The notes under the pieces are model-generated. The model worked only from the letters and a program-made list of their open reading frames with translations, was not told the origin of the DNA and made no database searches. A program made the position numbers and the translations under genes. Below, in pieces: positions 37,600 to 51,487 of a stretch of DNA of 64,000 bases. Position 1 is the first letter of the stretch. Every line of letters starts with the position of its first letter. This DNA is from Octopus vulgaris (Eukaryota): positions 38,564,001 through 38,628,000 of the forward strand of contig OX597815.1 in assembly GCA_951406725.2 (NCBI GenBank), read 5' to 3'.

Positions 37600-40500
37600 A
37601 TAAGCAAACCGAGACAAAAATAAGATATATATAAGTTCAATACAACCACGTTTCCCCTCCTACAATCAAACAACGTAGACAGAACCATGAAAAAACACCA
37701 AATAACGCCAACTTGAAATATGTATCCTCTGACCAAGTGGCAAACCAAACAAGTAACTCTTTTTTACTGACATACCTGGAAAATATGAAGGCCGACCTAA
37801 GCCAGGAGATCCAGCGAGCCATCACCAACCATCTATGCAAATCACAAGGACCACTCACCCATTACCAACTTCCCTTACCTCGACATTCCTGTTAAATGTA
37901 CGTGGCATCAACCCATCAATTATTGCCCAAAAATGGAAGATCCCATATATAGAGAGTTGGCTTGCCGAAATGGCACATTGCTTCCCTTTCTTTATCCTTA
38001 CCGAGACTCACCTGAACAACACCCATATGGACGCAGAGGTGAAAATAAAAGATTTCACCATTGTTCGTGCGGATCGCACAGACCGAAATAAGGGAGGGAC
38101 AGCCATCTTTATCCATGACTCCTTTTCACTTGATGTCAAGGACACATTTTCCAATGGCTACTGTGAATCGGTATCACTATACAACAAAGCCAATGACATA
38201 ACCATTGTTGGTCTTTACAGGCCTCCCCAGGCACCTCTAAAGTAATTTGAAGAGTGCCTTAGCAAAGTCAAGTCCTTCCTTCGGAAGTACCACTCCGGAA
38301 ACATACTAGTGATGGGTGATTTTAACCTCCCTCATGTGAACTGGCCCACAAATACTCCGAAGTTAGGCAAGTGCTCTACATCAGATAGGGCAGCAGCAGA
38401 ACTGCTCTTTAATCTGATGGATGAGTATTTCCTGACTCAGCTAGTGCTTGAACCAACGAGACAGAATAAAACGATCTTGGATCTGGTATTGACCAATCAC
38501 TCTAGCTACGTTCACAGTATTTCAGTCGAAAAAACTCTCCTCTCAGACCACGACATGGTACTCTGCAATCTTAATTCCCGACATATAAAAACCAAACCAG
38601 CCAATCCCACTCCATGGCACCCATTTGACAACATAAACTTCCACAAAGCGGACTGGGGAACAATCAGAAAGGATCTGTCTTCCATCGACTGGTCTTTTAC
38701 TCTCAATTCCCCTCATATTGAGACCGCGTGGCAGCACTTTGAAAACATTATCACCTATACATGCTCTAAACACGCTCCCAAGAAATCTACTAACACAAAC
38801 AGAAACCGGCTCCCTAAAAAGATAAAAACACTCATCAGGCGCATCAAAAGACTCAACAAAAAAATCAACCAATTAAAATATTCCTACACACAACATCCAC
38901 ATTCAACAACAATGAAAAGACTAGAGCTGGAAAAACTTCATCTGCAGACTAACATGAAAACCTCCATTGAAAATCAAAGAGCTGTGGAGGAACAATGGGT
39001 AATCAAAAACATCAAACAGAACCCAAAAGTGTTCTATTCTTATGCAAATAAGCATAGAACCACTGTCTCACCCATTGGGCCATTGATTGATGATAACGGC
39101 ATTCCCCAACACGATGCTAAAGAAATGGCAGAAATACTGCAGAAACAATACTGCTCTGTCTTCAGTGTTCCCACTGATATTGACGTGAGGGAAACGAACG
39201 AAGTTGACTCCCAACACAAAATCGCAGACATAACCTTCACTGCCACCGACATCGTAGCAGCAATAAATGAGGTCAAACATTACTCTGCTGTAGGCCCTGA
39301 TAGATTTCCCGCTAGTCTCCTGAAGGAATGTAGATATCAACTTGCAGTCCCTCTGACCAACCTCTGGAGAAACTCGTTAGACGCAGGTTATATACCGAAA
39401 CAGTTTCTATCCCAGTCGGTCATCCCGGTTTTCAAGCAAGGAAACAGATCCCTCGCAGTCAATTATCGCCCAATCTCACTCACCTCCCACATCATTAAAG
39501 TGTTTGAAAGAGTGTTAAGATCAAGGATAGCTGACTTCCTGGAGACCCACAAACTCCTAAATTCAAATCAGCATGGCTTTCGCTGTGGCAGGGACTGTCT
39601 AACACAGCTCTTACACCACATTGAAGATGTACTCAAAGCCTTGGGAACAGGTTCGAACTCTGACGTCATATATCTCGACTTCAGTAAAGCGTTCGACAGG
39701 GTAGACCATAACATCCTACTCTCAAAATTGGCAAATGTTGGAATCCGTGGAAAAGTTCTACACTGGATTAAGTATTTCCTGGCGAATAGAACACAACATG
39801 TTGTAGTTGATGGAGTCCACTCAAACCTAGCAAAAGTCACCAGCGGTGTTCCCCAGGGAACTGTTTTGGGTCCGCTACTCTTCATAATTTACGTAAACGA
39901 CCTTTCCAGTGTCGTACATCACTGCAAAGTGAAAATATTCGCTGATGACACTAAGCTCCAGCAAATCGTCAATGAAGAAGCAGACCGAACTCAACTCCAG
40001 TCTGATCTATATGCTGTGAGTCAATGGGCAGACAGAAACAAAATGCAACTGAATGAGGGAAAATTTGAGCTGATGCATTTTGGAAGAAATTCCTCACTAA
40101 AACAACCATACTCTCTTCCTTCAGGGGAACCGCTCACAGCCTCTAACAATATCAGAGACCTGGGTGTAATTGTTGATGACGATCTCAGTTGGAGTGCACA
40201 CAACAACAAGAAGGTCGATATAGCTCGTAGGATGAGTTCCTGGATCTTAAGAACTTTCCGGTCCAAAGAACAAGGTGTCATCATACCACTTTTTTCCTCC
40301 TTTGTACGGCCACACCTTGAATACTGCTGCCCACTGTGGTCTCCTCACACAAGACAAAACATCTCCAGAATTGAGTCACCCCAGAGGGCTCTTACTAAAC
40401 AAATTGAAGGCATGGCTGCTCTCGATTATTGGGATCGCCTTAAAGCCTTGAAACTTTACTCCCTCCAGCGTCGCCGTGAGCGGTACATCATTTGTACGAT

Positions 40501-40913
40501 GTGGAAAATATACCGTCAACTTTGCCCAAACGACCTAAACATTAGCTTCAAGGTTCATCCAAGACTTGGACCACGGGCTATACGTCCCCTGCCAAATTCA
40601 AGATCACAACATACATGTACACTGCAACATAATTTATTTTCCTCAACAGGCCCTGCCCTATTTAACATTGTCCCGAGGGAGATCAAAGAGGAAAAGGATC
40701 CCATCAACTTTAAACAGAGTCTGGATAGATTCCTTCAAAGAATACCAGATAAGCCACCCATAATTGGATACAACTTACCCAACAAGAACTCACTACTTGA
40801 ACAAAACTTGACTTAAACAGGATTCGAATAATCCTATCAGGTGGTGCTATTAAGTTAGACATGGCCTGGACCAATCTCTGGTCGAAACATATCTAAGTTT
40901 TATCTAAGTTTTA
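37600..40913 (+). mobile_element. CR1-group LINE, 5'-truncated
   Basis: Probable ORF1 tail, ORF2, and 3' UTR ending in (tctaagtttta) repeats; 5' boundary approximate. Confidence 0.9.
37835..40816 (+). pseudogene. LINE ORF2 (AP endonuclease plus reverse transcriptase) with one in-frame stop
   Basis: LNVRG, LTETHL, RADR..RNKGG, YRPP, TAA at 38243-38245, then the same frame continues GDFN, LDLVLT, SDH, NYRPISLT, YLDFSKAFD, GVPQGTVLGP, FADD, RPHLEY...WSP. Confidence 0.95.
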
Positions 40914-41699
40914 TATGACAAATTCCAGGCGATTAGAAGCTGTAAATATTTTAATGTCATCAACAACTTCTCCGATAGGCCAAATATCCCGCCCACGTTT
41001 ACTTTATCATTTAGTTTCAACGTCTATTGAAGTTTACTTTACTGGAAACATTTCAGCTGGCCTCGATTATCTTCCCGTTTATGCGCTTTCCTACAGACTT
41101 TGTTCCGTAGATGTTCAGGCTAAGGGTCAGCTGTTTTCACTTCACTCGCTGGGGACAGCTTGACATGGTCGAACATTGTCTATCTTTCTCTGACTATCTT
41201 ACAATGTTGACTAATAAACTAAACGCAAATATTTCGAGTGAGCAGGCAAACAGTGGCACATGAAAGACAATAATGCATGCATAGTTACACACAGTGATAT
41301 TTAAAGTACAAATGACCGAGTATAACTCCTTTAATAAGTGCGCTTGAAGAAATGTGTGAATACATGTAAAAGTCCCAAGGAACGGCGATTTAAACTGCAC
41401 ATGTCAAATTATTTATGGCGTTATGGAAGTTATTACGGTTGGCGCGAAGTGTTATGAAAACAACGGAAGTGTTCAATAAGTGTGGTTTCGTTAGAATAAA
41501 GTTAAGATTAACACGGATTTGGAAACGTGTGTCAGTAATAAACAAAGAAAAGTTTATCAAGACACGTAATAAAATGAAAAGAAGGTCCAATGGTGAGGCT
41601 TTGGAAAATTTAGGAAAGAAAGAAAGGAAACGACAATATATTGGAAATAGACGATGAGTTATTGACAATAAAAGCAGTAAAATGGAAGAAGTAGAATAA

Positions 41700-42118
41700 T
41701 ATTGATTTCAAATTTAGGCGCAAGACTAGCAGTATTTTATCGATTCCGGAACAATAAAAGGCAAAAAGACCTTGGTGAAAAATGCAACTCAAAATGTAAA
41801 GACGGACAAAAGGCCGTCAAGCATTTTGTCCGGTGTGCTCATGGTTCTGCCAGTTCACTGCCTTAAGAAGTAGAATAATATTATATGGAGATTTAACGCG
41901 GCGAGCTCATAGAATCGTTAAGCACGCTAGGCAAAATGCTTAGCGGCATTCCGTTTGTTTTTACATTCTGAGTTCAAATTCTGCCGACGTTGACTTTGAC
42001 TCTTATCTCTTTGGATTAAAAATAAGTATCGTTTGAGTGCTGGGGTTGATGTAATCTACTTACCCGACCCCACCCTTAATCTCGGAAGTTCTAGCCTCTG
42101 CCAAAATTTGAAACCAAT
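41700..42118. mobile_element. Two divergent (head-to-head) SINE family 3 copies
   Basis: Minus copy ~41700-41866 and plus copy ~41898-42118. Confidence 0.7.
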
Positions 42119-43060
42119 ATCATGAATAGATTTCATGCAAAAACAAATGGATAATTAGCAAAATAAAGTGCTGACTGTGAGATCAGAAAATTGGAAGTGA
42201 AATGAAGGGAGGAGTGTCACTTTTAAATTAGTAAAAGGTATTATCTGGAAAAAACATGGCTACTGAATCACGCGAGTCGAGCAGCTATTCTGAGTTCTGC
42301 TTGTAGGAACGGTTGATAGCAAAGACGAAGAATAAAAAATTGGATTGAAACAGGGAAGATGAGATAGAAATAGACTGTAATAGAGACGAACATTGAATTT
42401 ATATGGCGAAATTCCATAAAAAGTAGTTGTGAGTTAACTAATCTCTTAATGTCAAGAGTCTACTGTTAGAGAATGTAAATGACGGCTTCAATAAGTATAG
42501 ATAAGAGCAAAGCGAATTACGAAACTGTTTCGAGATAAGAAATGAGAAAAAAAAAACGCATGTTGCAAGATCTATTATTTTGAAAGAAGATATCTAGTAA
42601 GATTAATGGCAGCACAACTTCGAGACAGTTTGGAAAAGCCTTGTTTCTTCCAATATCTTTCTGCTATTATTTTCCAATATCTTTTCGCCAATATCTTTAT
42701 AGGGCTTACAAACGAAACAGATATAGAATAACAGTACCATTGTAAATAAACGGGGGATGCTTATGCCTGTGGGAGGTAGAAAACGGGCATGATATTTATA
42801 TCTATATTTTTATTTATTTTATATCGTAATTATTATTATTCCAGCAGGCTAACTTCTGATGTGGCACAAATATGGCAAAATTCGGTGCATTTCCTTGAAA
42901 TGCAAAGATGCTTCAAAGTTCTAAGTGATACTTACAAAGTTTTCTCGGTATCATGCTAGTGAATGTTAAGCACATATATATATATATGTATATATCGGTA
43001 AAAAAGGTAAGATAACAAAAGAAAGAAAGAGACCTCAATATTACGTAAATAGAGGAAATT

Positions 43061-43209
43061 TATCTGTAAAATAATATGACAATTATTCAATAGCCAAGAT
43101 AAAACTCTGAGGTGAAAATCCACAACACCATCTCTTCGGTTATCTGGCCAGATAAAAACTCAGTTTTATCTTGGGTATTGAATAATTGTCACATATTATT
43201 TTACAGATA
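43061..43209. repeat. ~50-bp-arm inverted repeat
   Basis: tatctgtaaaataatatgacaattattcaatagccaagataaaactctgag / ctcagttttatcttgggtattgaataattgtcacatattattttacagata. Confidence 0.85.
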
Positions 43210-43691
43210 TATATATATACATATATATATAAACATACATACTCACTCAAACTTGCATACACAAATGTATACATACCTGCATACACACATGATGATGGCT
43301 GTCCACTTGTAAGGAACACCATCACTAACCATTAAGAACATTATGCACTCCGACAAATTTATTCTTTCCACTTGTTGCTCCGCTGGTGACTACTGAGCCC
43401 AACTCTTGATGAACATACACGTCCGCAGATATTGCAGACCATGCACCAACCGTTCACTTCAACGGTAGTGTGTTTTCAAGCAGCTTACATAAATTTTGTA
43501 CGAAAAATGAGGGGTTTTTTTTCGAAACTACCCACTCCTCCCATTATTCGTTTTCTTTATAGTGAATGACTTCCTACATTTTACATACTTTCAATGGCGA
43601 CTTTATACAATTCTTCAATCGATGTCTTGGTTTATGCTGGGGACGCTTTCTGCAAACAAGTTTACCAAGTAGCATCTAATTATTATTATTA

Positions 43692-43750
<59 letters not shown>

Positions 43751-43778
43751 GCTGTTGTTGTTGTTGTTGTTGTTATAA

Positions 43779-44420
<642 letters not shown>

Positions 44421-45334
44421 ATTATTAGTGTAACTATTTAAACCAGTTTCATTCGGCCCTTGCGATTTAAAATTTCGAAAGCTTCTCACAGCGACCTTGA
44501 TCATGGGGCCTATTTAACCGAATGGAGAAAAAGCAGGAAGTGTAAGATGACTACGGGGGACAGGGCTGCTGTGGTTGGTCAAGGTGGGTCACAAGGTGTT
44601 GTTAGAAATAAGATTGACATTCCAGCGACACCACGTGCATTTAAGAGGAGAATTTCTTTGAAAGCGTAGCTGGACAGGATTCTGGTGGAGCCTGCTGTCT
44701 TGCTCGTCTTTGAAGGTAAGAGTGTGAGGGTGGGTGTGTAAGTTTGTGTGTGTGTGCGTACACCAAATGCATGAGTGCGTCGATGTGGGTATCTGATATG
44801 TATACGTGTGTATCTCCTATGTATTTGTGGCGAGTGCGTGCGCGTGTGTAGGCTAGCGTGTGTGCATGAGAGCTGATGGCGCCAGCTCGTTCATGCGTAA
44901 GCAAGTGTTTGTTAGGGTACATGCTGCTATGTATCAACCATATTGGAGGACTCGTGTGTGTGAGTATGTAGGTCTATGCGTCGGCTGTGTATATCACCTA
45001 CGTGTGTATCTGTTGTGTATGTGTATGTGTGTGTGTTTGTGCCCGTGCGTTTGCGAATACATATGTGTTGTTGATTGCTGTATACGCGTGTGAAAGTGTG
45101 TGAATATGTACATTCCTGCATGTATACGTGTACGTATGAGTGTGTGCGTGTTTGTCTGAAAAAAGATGTATGCGTGCGAGCTTGTATTTTCACCTGGTGT
45201 GCGCGTGTGTGTGTACATAGACATTCATGCTTTTAGTATTTGTGTTTGCGAGCACGACAGATATATGGCACGATGGTAACAACAGTGAAACTGAGAATGG
45301 CGTAGTATTTGGCGTTGTATTGAGGTTTGGTGGT

Positions 45335-45495
45335 AAGCACGCCGGGCGAAATGCGTAGCCGTATTCATCCTTTCGGGGTCGATAAATTAAGTACCAGTTA
45401 CGCACTGGGGTCGATGTAATTGACTTAATCCGTTTGTCTGTCCTTGTTTGTCCCCTCTGTGTTTAGCCCCTTGTGGGTAGTGAAGAAATAGGTAT
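45335..45495 (+). mobile_element. SINE family 3, internally deleted
   Basis: agcacgccgggcgaaatgcgtagccgtat joined to tcatcctttcggggtcgataaa...tttagccccttgtgggtagtgaagaaata. Confidence 0.8.
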
Positions 45496-46188
45496 TAGTG
45501 TTGAATGCTTGGTTGTGTTAGGTGGGGTAAAGGAAGGAAGGAAGGAAGGAAGGAAGGAAAATCGTGCGTATAGAGATGTATGCGCGCGCGACCGTGTTTG
45601 TATGAGCACACCTGTATGAGGACGGACATGGTGGGAATACAAGGGATGCCTTTTGTTTAAGGTCAGCCCGTGGTCTGCGTAAGCATCGGTGGTTATGTAC
45701 CCTGTCCTTTGTTATGGAACAGCCAGTGTTGAGGCGCAGTCAATTATTAGGTGGCATATCTGAGTTGTCGGCAGCCAGTGTTTTTGACGTTCACCAAAAG
45801 GGCGTAGCTATGATGGCAGCAATAGGATAGCTTGTATTTTCTGTCCATAGATACTTCAGGCTGGTAGAGAATATGCTGCCTTTCGCGGAGACAGAGTTTC
45901 CGATTGCTGGCACCGGGTGAGTATGATGGGAACTGAATAATGGAATACATTCATACATACATTCTAATGAAGGAGCTTTGGAAACTGGCTCTTCATTGGC
46001 AAGATATCTTAAATATACTGAATTGCGACATACATAAATGCATGCGCATATACATTGTGTGTGCGTATGTTTGTATGTGTGTATGTTTGTGTGTTTGTGT
46101 GAGTGTGTGCATTTTCATTATATGCATAATTGTTATTTATGTTTATTTATTTCTTATTTTAATTATATTGATTTTTATAGTCTTTCAG

Positions 46189-47184
46189 GAACATTGTCAA
46201 AGGGATTTGAATGTAAATATCAGAGGTGTGTAAATCACAATTCATCTCACGGTAGATCACAAGAGGCAAAAGAAGAAAATCTTCACCATATCCCTGATCG
46301 AATTGAATGTATTGAATCAGTTTCAACTGGTGCCACACCCCCGAACCAAAGGAAGTTTACGTCTTTGAAAAAACGCGCTAAAAACTTAAATATTGATGAG
46401 AAAAAAAGCTTGCGCAAAAATTCAACAGATGACGTTTTAAGTTCCCCTCAAATAACATTAGAAAAATACAATACAGAGGACGATGATCCATGGGACATAG
46501 CTGTGACTTTTAATCCGAGTGTCTATGATACAGACCCGAAAGGTATTGATTCAAATGAACTTTCTCTGTATAAACATTCGAAAACTATTAAAGACCACGA
46601 AAATAAGTCACGCGAAGTGTTTGGGAAATCTTCATTTAGAGTATGGAAGCAGTCAGCCATGGATTATTTGAAGTCACACACGAGTAGCCTTCACAGAAAT
46701 AAGACATACCATATTGATATATCACCTGAAACTCCGAAAAAGCAGAAAAACTGTCCTCCCAAAACACATCTTAATATACATTCTGGATGTGAAAATGTCT
46801 CCCTCTCCGATAATCAGTCATCACAAGATGAGGACGATTCACCGTTAAATCAATGTAATAAATCTCCCCTTGAGGAATACAATGATGCAAATTGCAGCCG
46901 CATATACAAATGCCATAATTTAAAGAATTCCTTAAATTGCGAAGAAAAGTCCCAAAAATGGAGTAGGATAAGACGTGCCTTCAGTGAATTATATCCCTAC
47001 CGATGTATAGAAGTACGCCAGGTCGACGAAAACATTTTGTCAGAGTATGTGGAGAAGAAGGAGTCTTCCAGTAGACAATATTCCCGTAGAAGCATTGATG
47101 CAACTTGTTCCATAAAAAACACGTCCCTTACTGATTCGCTCAACTTAGCTACGGTTTCATTTCGAGATAATTTACATTCAAAAG
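46189..47184 (+). CDS. Probable internal coding exon (332 codons, S/K/D/N-rich, product unknown)
   Basis: Open, non-repetitive frame; acceptor tctttcag| and donor AAG|gtaagt; 996 bp with phase 1 at both ends; no TE motifs recognised. Confidence 0.7.
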
Positions 47185-48393
47185 GTAAGTTTTATTTCCT
47201 TATTATGCTTTCTCAACAATTCAGCTGGTGTCATCTATACCACAAGCAATACAATATGAATACAAATTGCTTGTCACAGCTGCAAAACAATTAATATCTT
47301 CGTGTCACACTTGTATGATATAGAACAACTAGACTTCTTTTTCTTTCTTGTAAAACTTTAAAAAAATTATATTGTATCTGCAATATATTTGCATAGCATC
47401 GTTCTTTTATAATGCTCACTCAGCATGTTTTTTCTATTAGTAAGTCATTGAACTATCAAAATACCTACTTCACATCACATTTTATAACATTCTGTTTCCT
47501 TCCAAAGAGTTTTACGAAAACGCGAAACGTGCAATTAAAATATATTGAATATTGTTATAGAAATGCCTATCAGAAAGAAAATTAAGAAATACAATAATAG
47601 AATTTAATTTAAAAACACATAACTATTACCTAGAGAAAAGTAAAGCTACTTTCAAAGACCACTAGCAACAACAGAGCCGCTATGAATTTGCTTCCACTGA
47701 AACTTATTTTTCTCTAAAAGAAAGCAAAGCAAAATAACTACTTTAATAGTAATTCAACTGGAGAAAAAATATATAACGAACACAGCTTTCTCGGATTTTA
47801 TCTCTGTAATTGCACTTGCTTAATCAAATGTTGAGCATAAAAGCGAATTGTCACACCTTTATATTAGATTGTTCCTTGCAAAATTATATGAAAGTGCTGA
47901 TATTCGAACTTCTTCAATTATAAAAAGTGTTTCTATTATATCAGTCAATATTTGATGCAATTCTTTTGCTATATGTTCTGTTTAACTTTGACCTAAAACA
48001 GATCAGTTACTTTCTTTGCAGCATTAATTCTTATCTTATAGTGTTTCATCTCAAGTGCAAGAGCAGTGTTTGTGTGTTTTATGTTTCCATTGGGATAATG
48101 TTAAAATAGAAGTTCAGGTTTCAATTTCTCAAGTAAAAGATTTCAGTATGTTTTTGTTGTGCAGCGTTGTACTTGTATAAGTGGGGTAGTGAGGACAGTA
48201 ATTTTTTTTCTATCTCTTATTGTGAAGAAAATACAACTTAGACGTAGTGTCAAAGCAGATGGTGATCCAAGTTTACACACATGTTTAAGTATATACATAC
48301 ACCTTTTCACACAAACATGTATACACACACACACATACATATATATAGATATATATATATAGATAGGTAGATATATATATTATATATATATAT

Positions 48394-48429
<36 letters not shown>

Positions 48430-48430
48430 G

Positions 48431-48524
<94 letters not shown>

Positions 48525-48635
48525 TGCATACTCGTAGCACATATATATGATGTTTAAGAGTACTTATAACAAACGCGTATAACGCCGGAGGGTTTAATCC
48601 CATCAACCCATTCAGATATTCTCACATGACCATTT

Positions 48636-49376
48636 ACGAGGTGGTATCCCAAAGTTCCCGGACTAATTCTGTAGCATGTCAAAGACGGCAGCTCACTGTT
48701 GCGTGCGCATTGAAAGCTAGCAGTGATCTTCATGAGGCAGTGTACCGAGTGACATTGTTGTGTTTACTTTGCAAGTTGTGAAATTTGTGTCTTTGTGGTC
48801 ACGTCTATGACGTAGTCTGCGATTTTTGTCATGGACAGGAAGCTGGAACAAAGACGTGAAATTTTGCTCTAAAACTTGGTAAGTTTTCTGCAGAGACATA
48901 GAGCATGCTTCGGCAAGCCTACGGCGATGAGGCAGTGGATCATAGTCAATGCTTCACCGACAGTGCAGCAGTTCAATTAAGAGCATGCTCGTACTTTATT
49001 CGACATCCGCGTTATTGTACATTGAGAATTCGTGCCCTAGAGTCAGACTGTCTATTGAGAGTTCTACTGCGACGTTTTGAAGCTTTCGAGGGACATTCGG
49101 CAAAAGCGACTGGATTTGTGGAAATCGAAGAATTGGGTTTTACACGACGACAATGTACCATGTCACCGAGCATTCCTCACTTGTGAGTTTCTCGCCAAAA
49201 CAACATGGTATCGCTTCCGTATCCCACTAATTCACCAGATTTAGCATTTGCGGACTTCCATCTTCTCCCCTATATGGAAATGCAGTTTCGACTCGCTTAC
49301 GGAAAACGACTTCCAGGCCTGATTCCAAAAGTGACAGGAAAGCTGGGACCGGTATATTGCTGCTCAAGGTGACTAC
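48636..49376 (+). mobile_element. Mariner remnant, internally deleted
   Basis: TIR-like tacgaggtggtatcccaaagttcccggac; MDRKLEQR...MLRQAYGDEAV; LHDDN..CH...EFLAKNNM...NSPDLA.ADF. Confidence 0.8.
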
Positions 49377-50059
49377 TACTACTACTACTACTACTACCAC
49401 CTCTCCACAAGTATTTAAACATGATTGGAATGTGGTTTTGGAGGTTGTTTCTTTCTTGATGCGTTACTGCTGTGTTATGCTAACTTAATATAAAGTTAAC
49501 TTGATATAGGGGAAATCGTACAGTTTTGTTGTTTCATACTCGCACATGTGTCTGTTTATTGAGTCTAATACATCTGTACTTTACGATAAATGCAGAATCC
49601 ATGTGTTGTAACTATCCTCCCGTTTACATCTAAATTTGGTATTATCGTCGTATTCTGACAAGCAGTGTATCTTTCACTTCCTGAAGATGCTTGTTTCTAT
49701 CGCGGATTCTATCGCGCAAATCGTTTTGACAAAGTTACAAGGAACATTTATTCTCGTGTATCTCAGATGACCTGAATTGAGATGAAGATATTAGTTTGAA
49801 GTCTGTACGTTTATAGTGAATGTTCATTTTCATTTCTCTGTTAACTTCTTTTATAAAGATGCTGAAATTTGTGAGTTGGTTATGGTTATATTCCATGAGG
49901 AATTGTATATTTTAAATTATTATATTGAGAAGTCTTCCAAATTCTTTTAATTTCTTTATGCTTACATTCCAAATCTTGAAGCATATGTTGAGGTACCTTT
50001 TCCACTTTTCTTGAGGACAGAATTTTCATATTTTCAGAGTGAATTTTCTTAAACCGTAA

Positions 50060-50688
50060 TCTCTAGAAACAGCATATCATGGATGAAACGCATTAATTTA
50101 CCAAGATGTGGTAAATTAACATGACTTATCGCGAAAAGAATTAACTGGAACATGCTTCTTTACGATAACGTGACTGATCTCATTTACTTGCATTTGTCAC
50201 AACCTCTTATGGGAAACATTCAGAAGGACTTTGAAAGTGTGGAATTTTATTTCCAACATTATGGAGTACCCCCCACACTAACATGGTAATGTAAGGGTCC
50301 TAAATTGATTAGATTTTGCAAAATAGGTAGATTGAACGAAGAGGTTCAGTAGAATATCCTATGAGTTCACCGCATCTCGCACCACTAGACATTTTTATGG
50401 GAATACATGACAACTGGAGTTTAATGTATAAATTAATAGACAAATTGAAGGTAGCCATTGCATGAGAATGCGCAAAAGCCAAACGAAATGTTTCTTGATG
50501 TTTGCGATTCCTTTATTTTACATTATCAGCAATGATTGGACCTGAACGATCATCAAATTGAAGAGAGACGTTTATAGAGCATTAAATTCTGCCAGTAGGT
50601 TCTACTAAATTTTGAAAATGAAATGTATTTTAATAAACACTGACTTTACGATCATTCAATGTGCGTATACACTTCTTGGGAATCTCTC

Positions 50689-50690
<2 letters not shown>
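50060..50690 (+). mobile_element. Tc1/mariner-superfamily remnant
   Basis: RRGSVEYP..SPHLAPLDI resembles WPPRSPDLTPLDF; the end gtatacacttcttgggaatctctcgta is TIR-like. Confidence 0.55.
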
Positions 50691-50722
<32 letters not shown>

Positions 50723-51039
50723 TGCCTTTCCAAATAGTGCTTGGATTTTACCGAATGAAATTAAGCTATTTTTCAGGTTTTTAACACCTTATTGGCTCCT
50801 GTAAACTTCACAGGCTGAAGCGGTACTATTTCCTACCAATGGTATTGATTCACCAAAAGATAAATGTATTTTTATATTTGATGAAAAAGAGTGACAAAAA
50901 CAGTGATTACTGTGATGATGGAAACGATATATCCAATTAACCAGTCGAGGTTAGGAAATACTTTGACAGCTGTAAATTAGGTGGAATGTCTTGTCCACCC
51001 CATATTATGAACTTGTGAAAGTCTATGTAACGCTATTAA

Positions 51040-51420
51040 GAAATTTAAACGAGACCAGTGAACTTTTAAATGGAACAAGAATTTATATAGTCAATCACGA
51101 TTGAAGTCTATCTTATTACAGATAGGAAATCATGTCATTATGCCTCGAATTAAATTGAAACCATCTACAACCCATCTGCCACTCAAACTTATTCGATTAC
51201 ACCTTCGTGTTCGAATAGCTTTTGCAATGACAGTCAATAGATCCTTATGTCAATCATTGAATAAAATAAGTTTGTTTTTCCCAACTGTCGTATTTGTGCA
51301 GAGACAATTGTATGTTGTTCTGCCAAAGGCCAGCTACACAGAGGAATGCTGGTATAGTGCCAAGGGTGAAAAAAGGCAGCAGAATTAAGTACACAGAAAT
51401 TTTCGAGTATTTTAACTTTT
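51040..51420 (+). mobile_element. Helitron PIF1 helicase C-terminal fragment
   Basis: PRIKLKPS...LPL...RIAFAMTVNRSLCQSL...VF..RQLYV. Confidence 0.8.
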
Positions 51421-51487
51421 CTTATCTTTTATATCATGTGAATACTTACGAGAGAAAACTTTACACACAGACACACATATATATATA

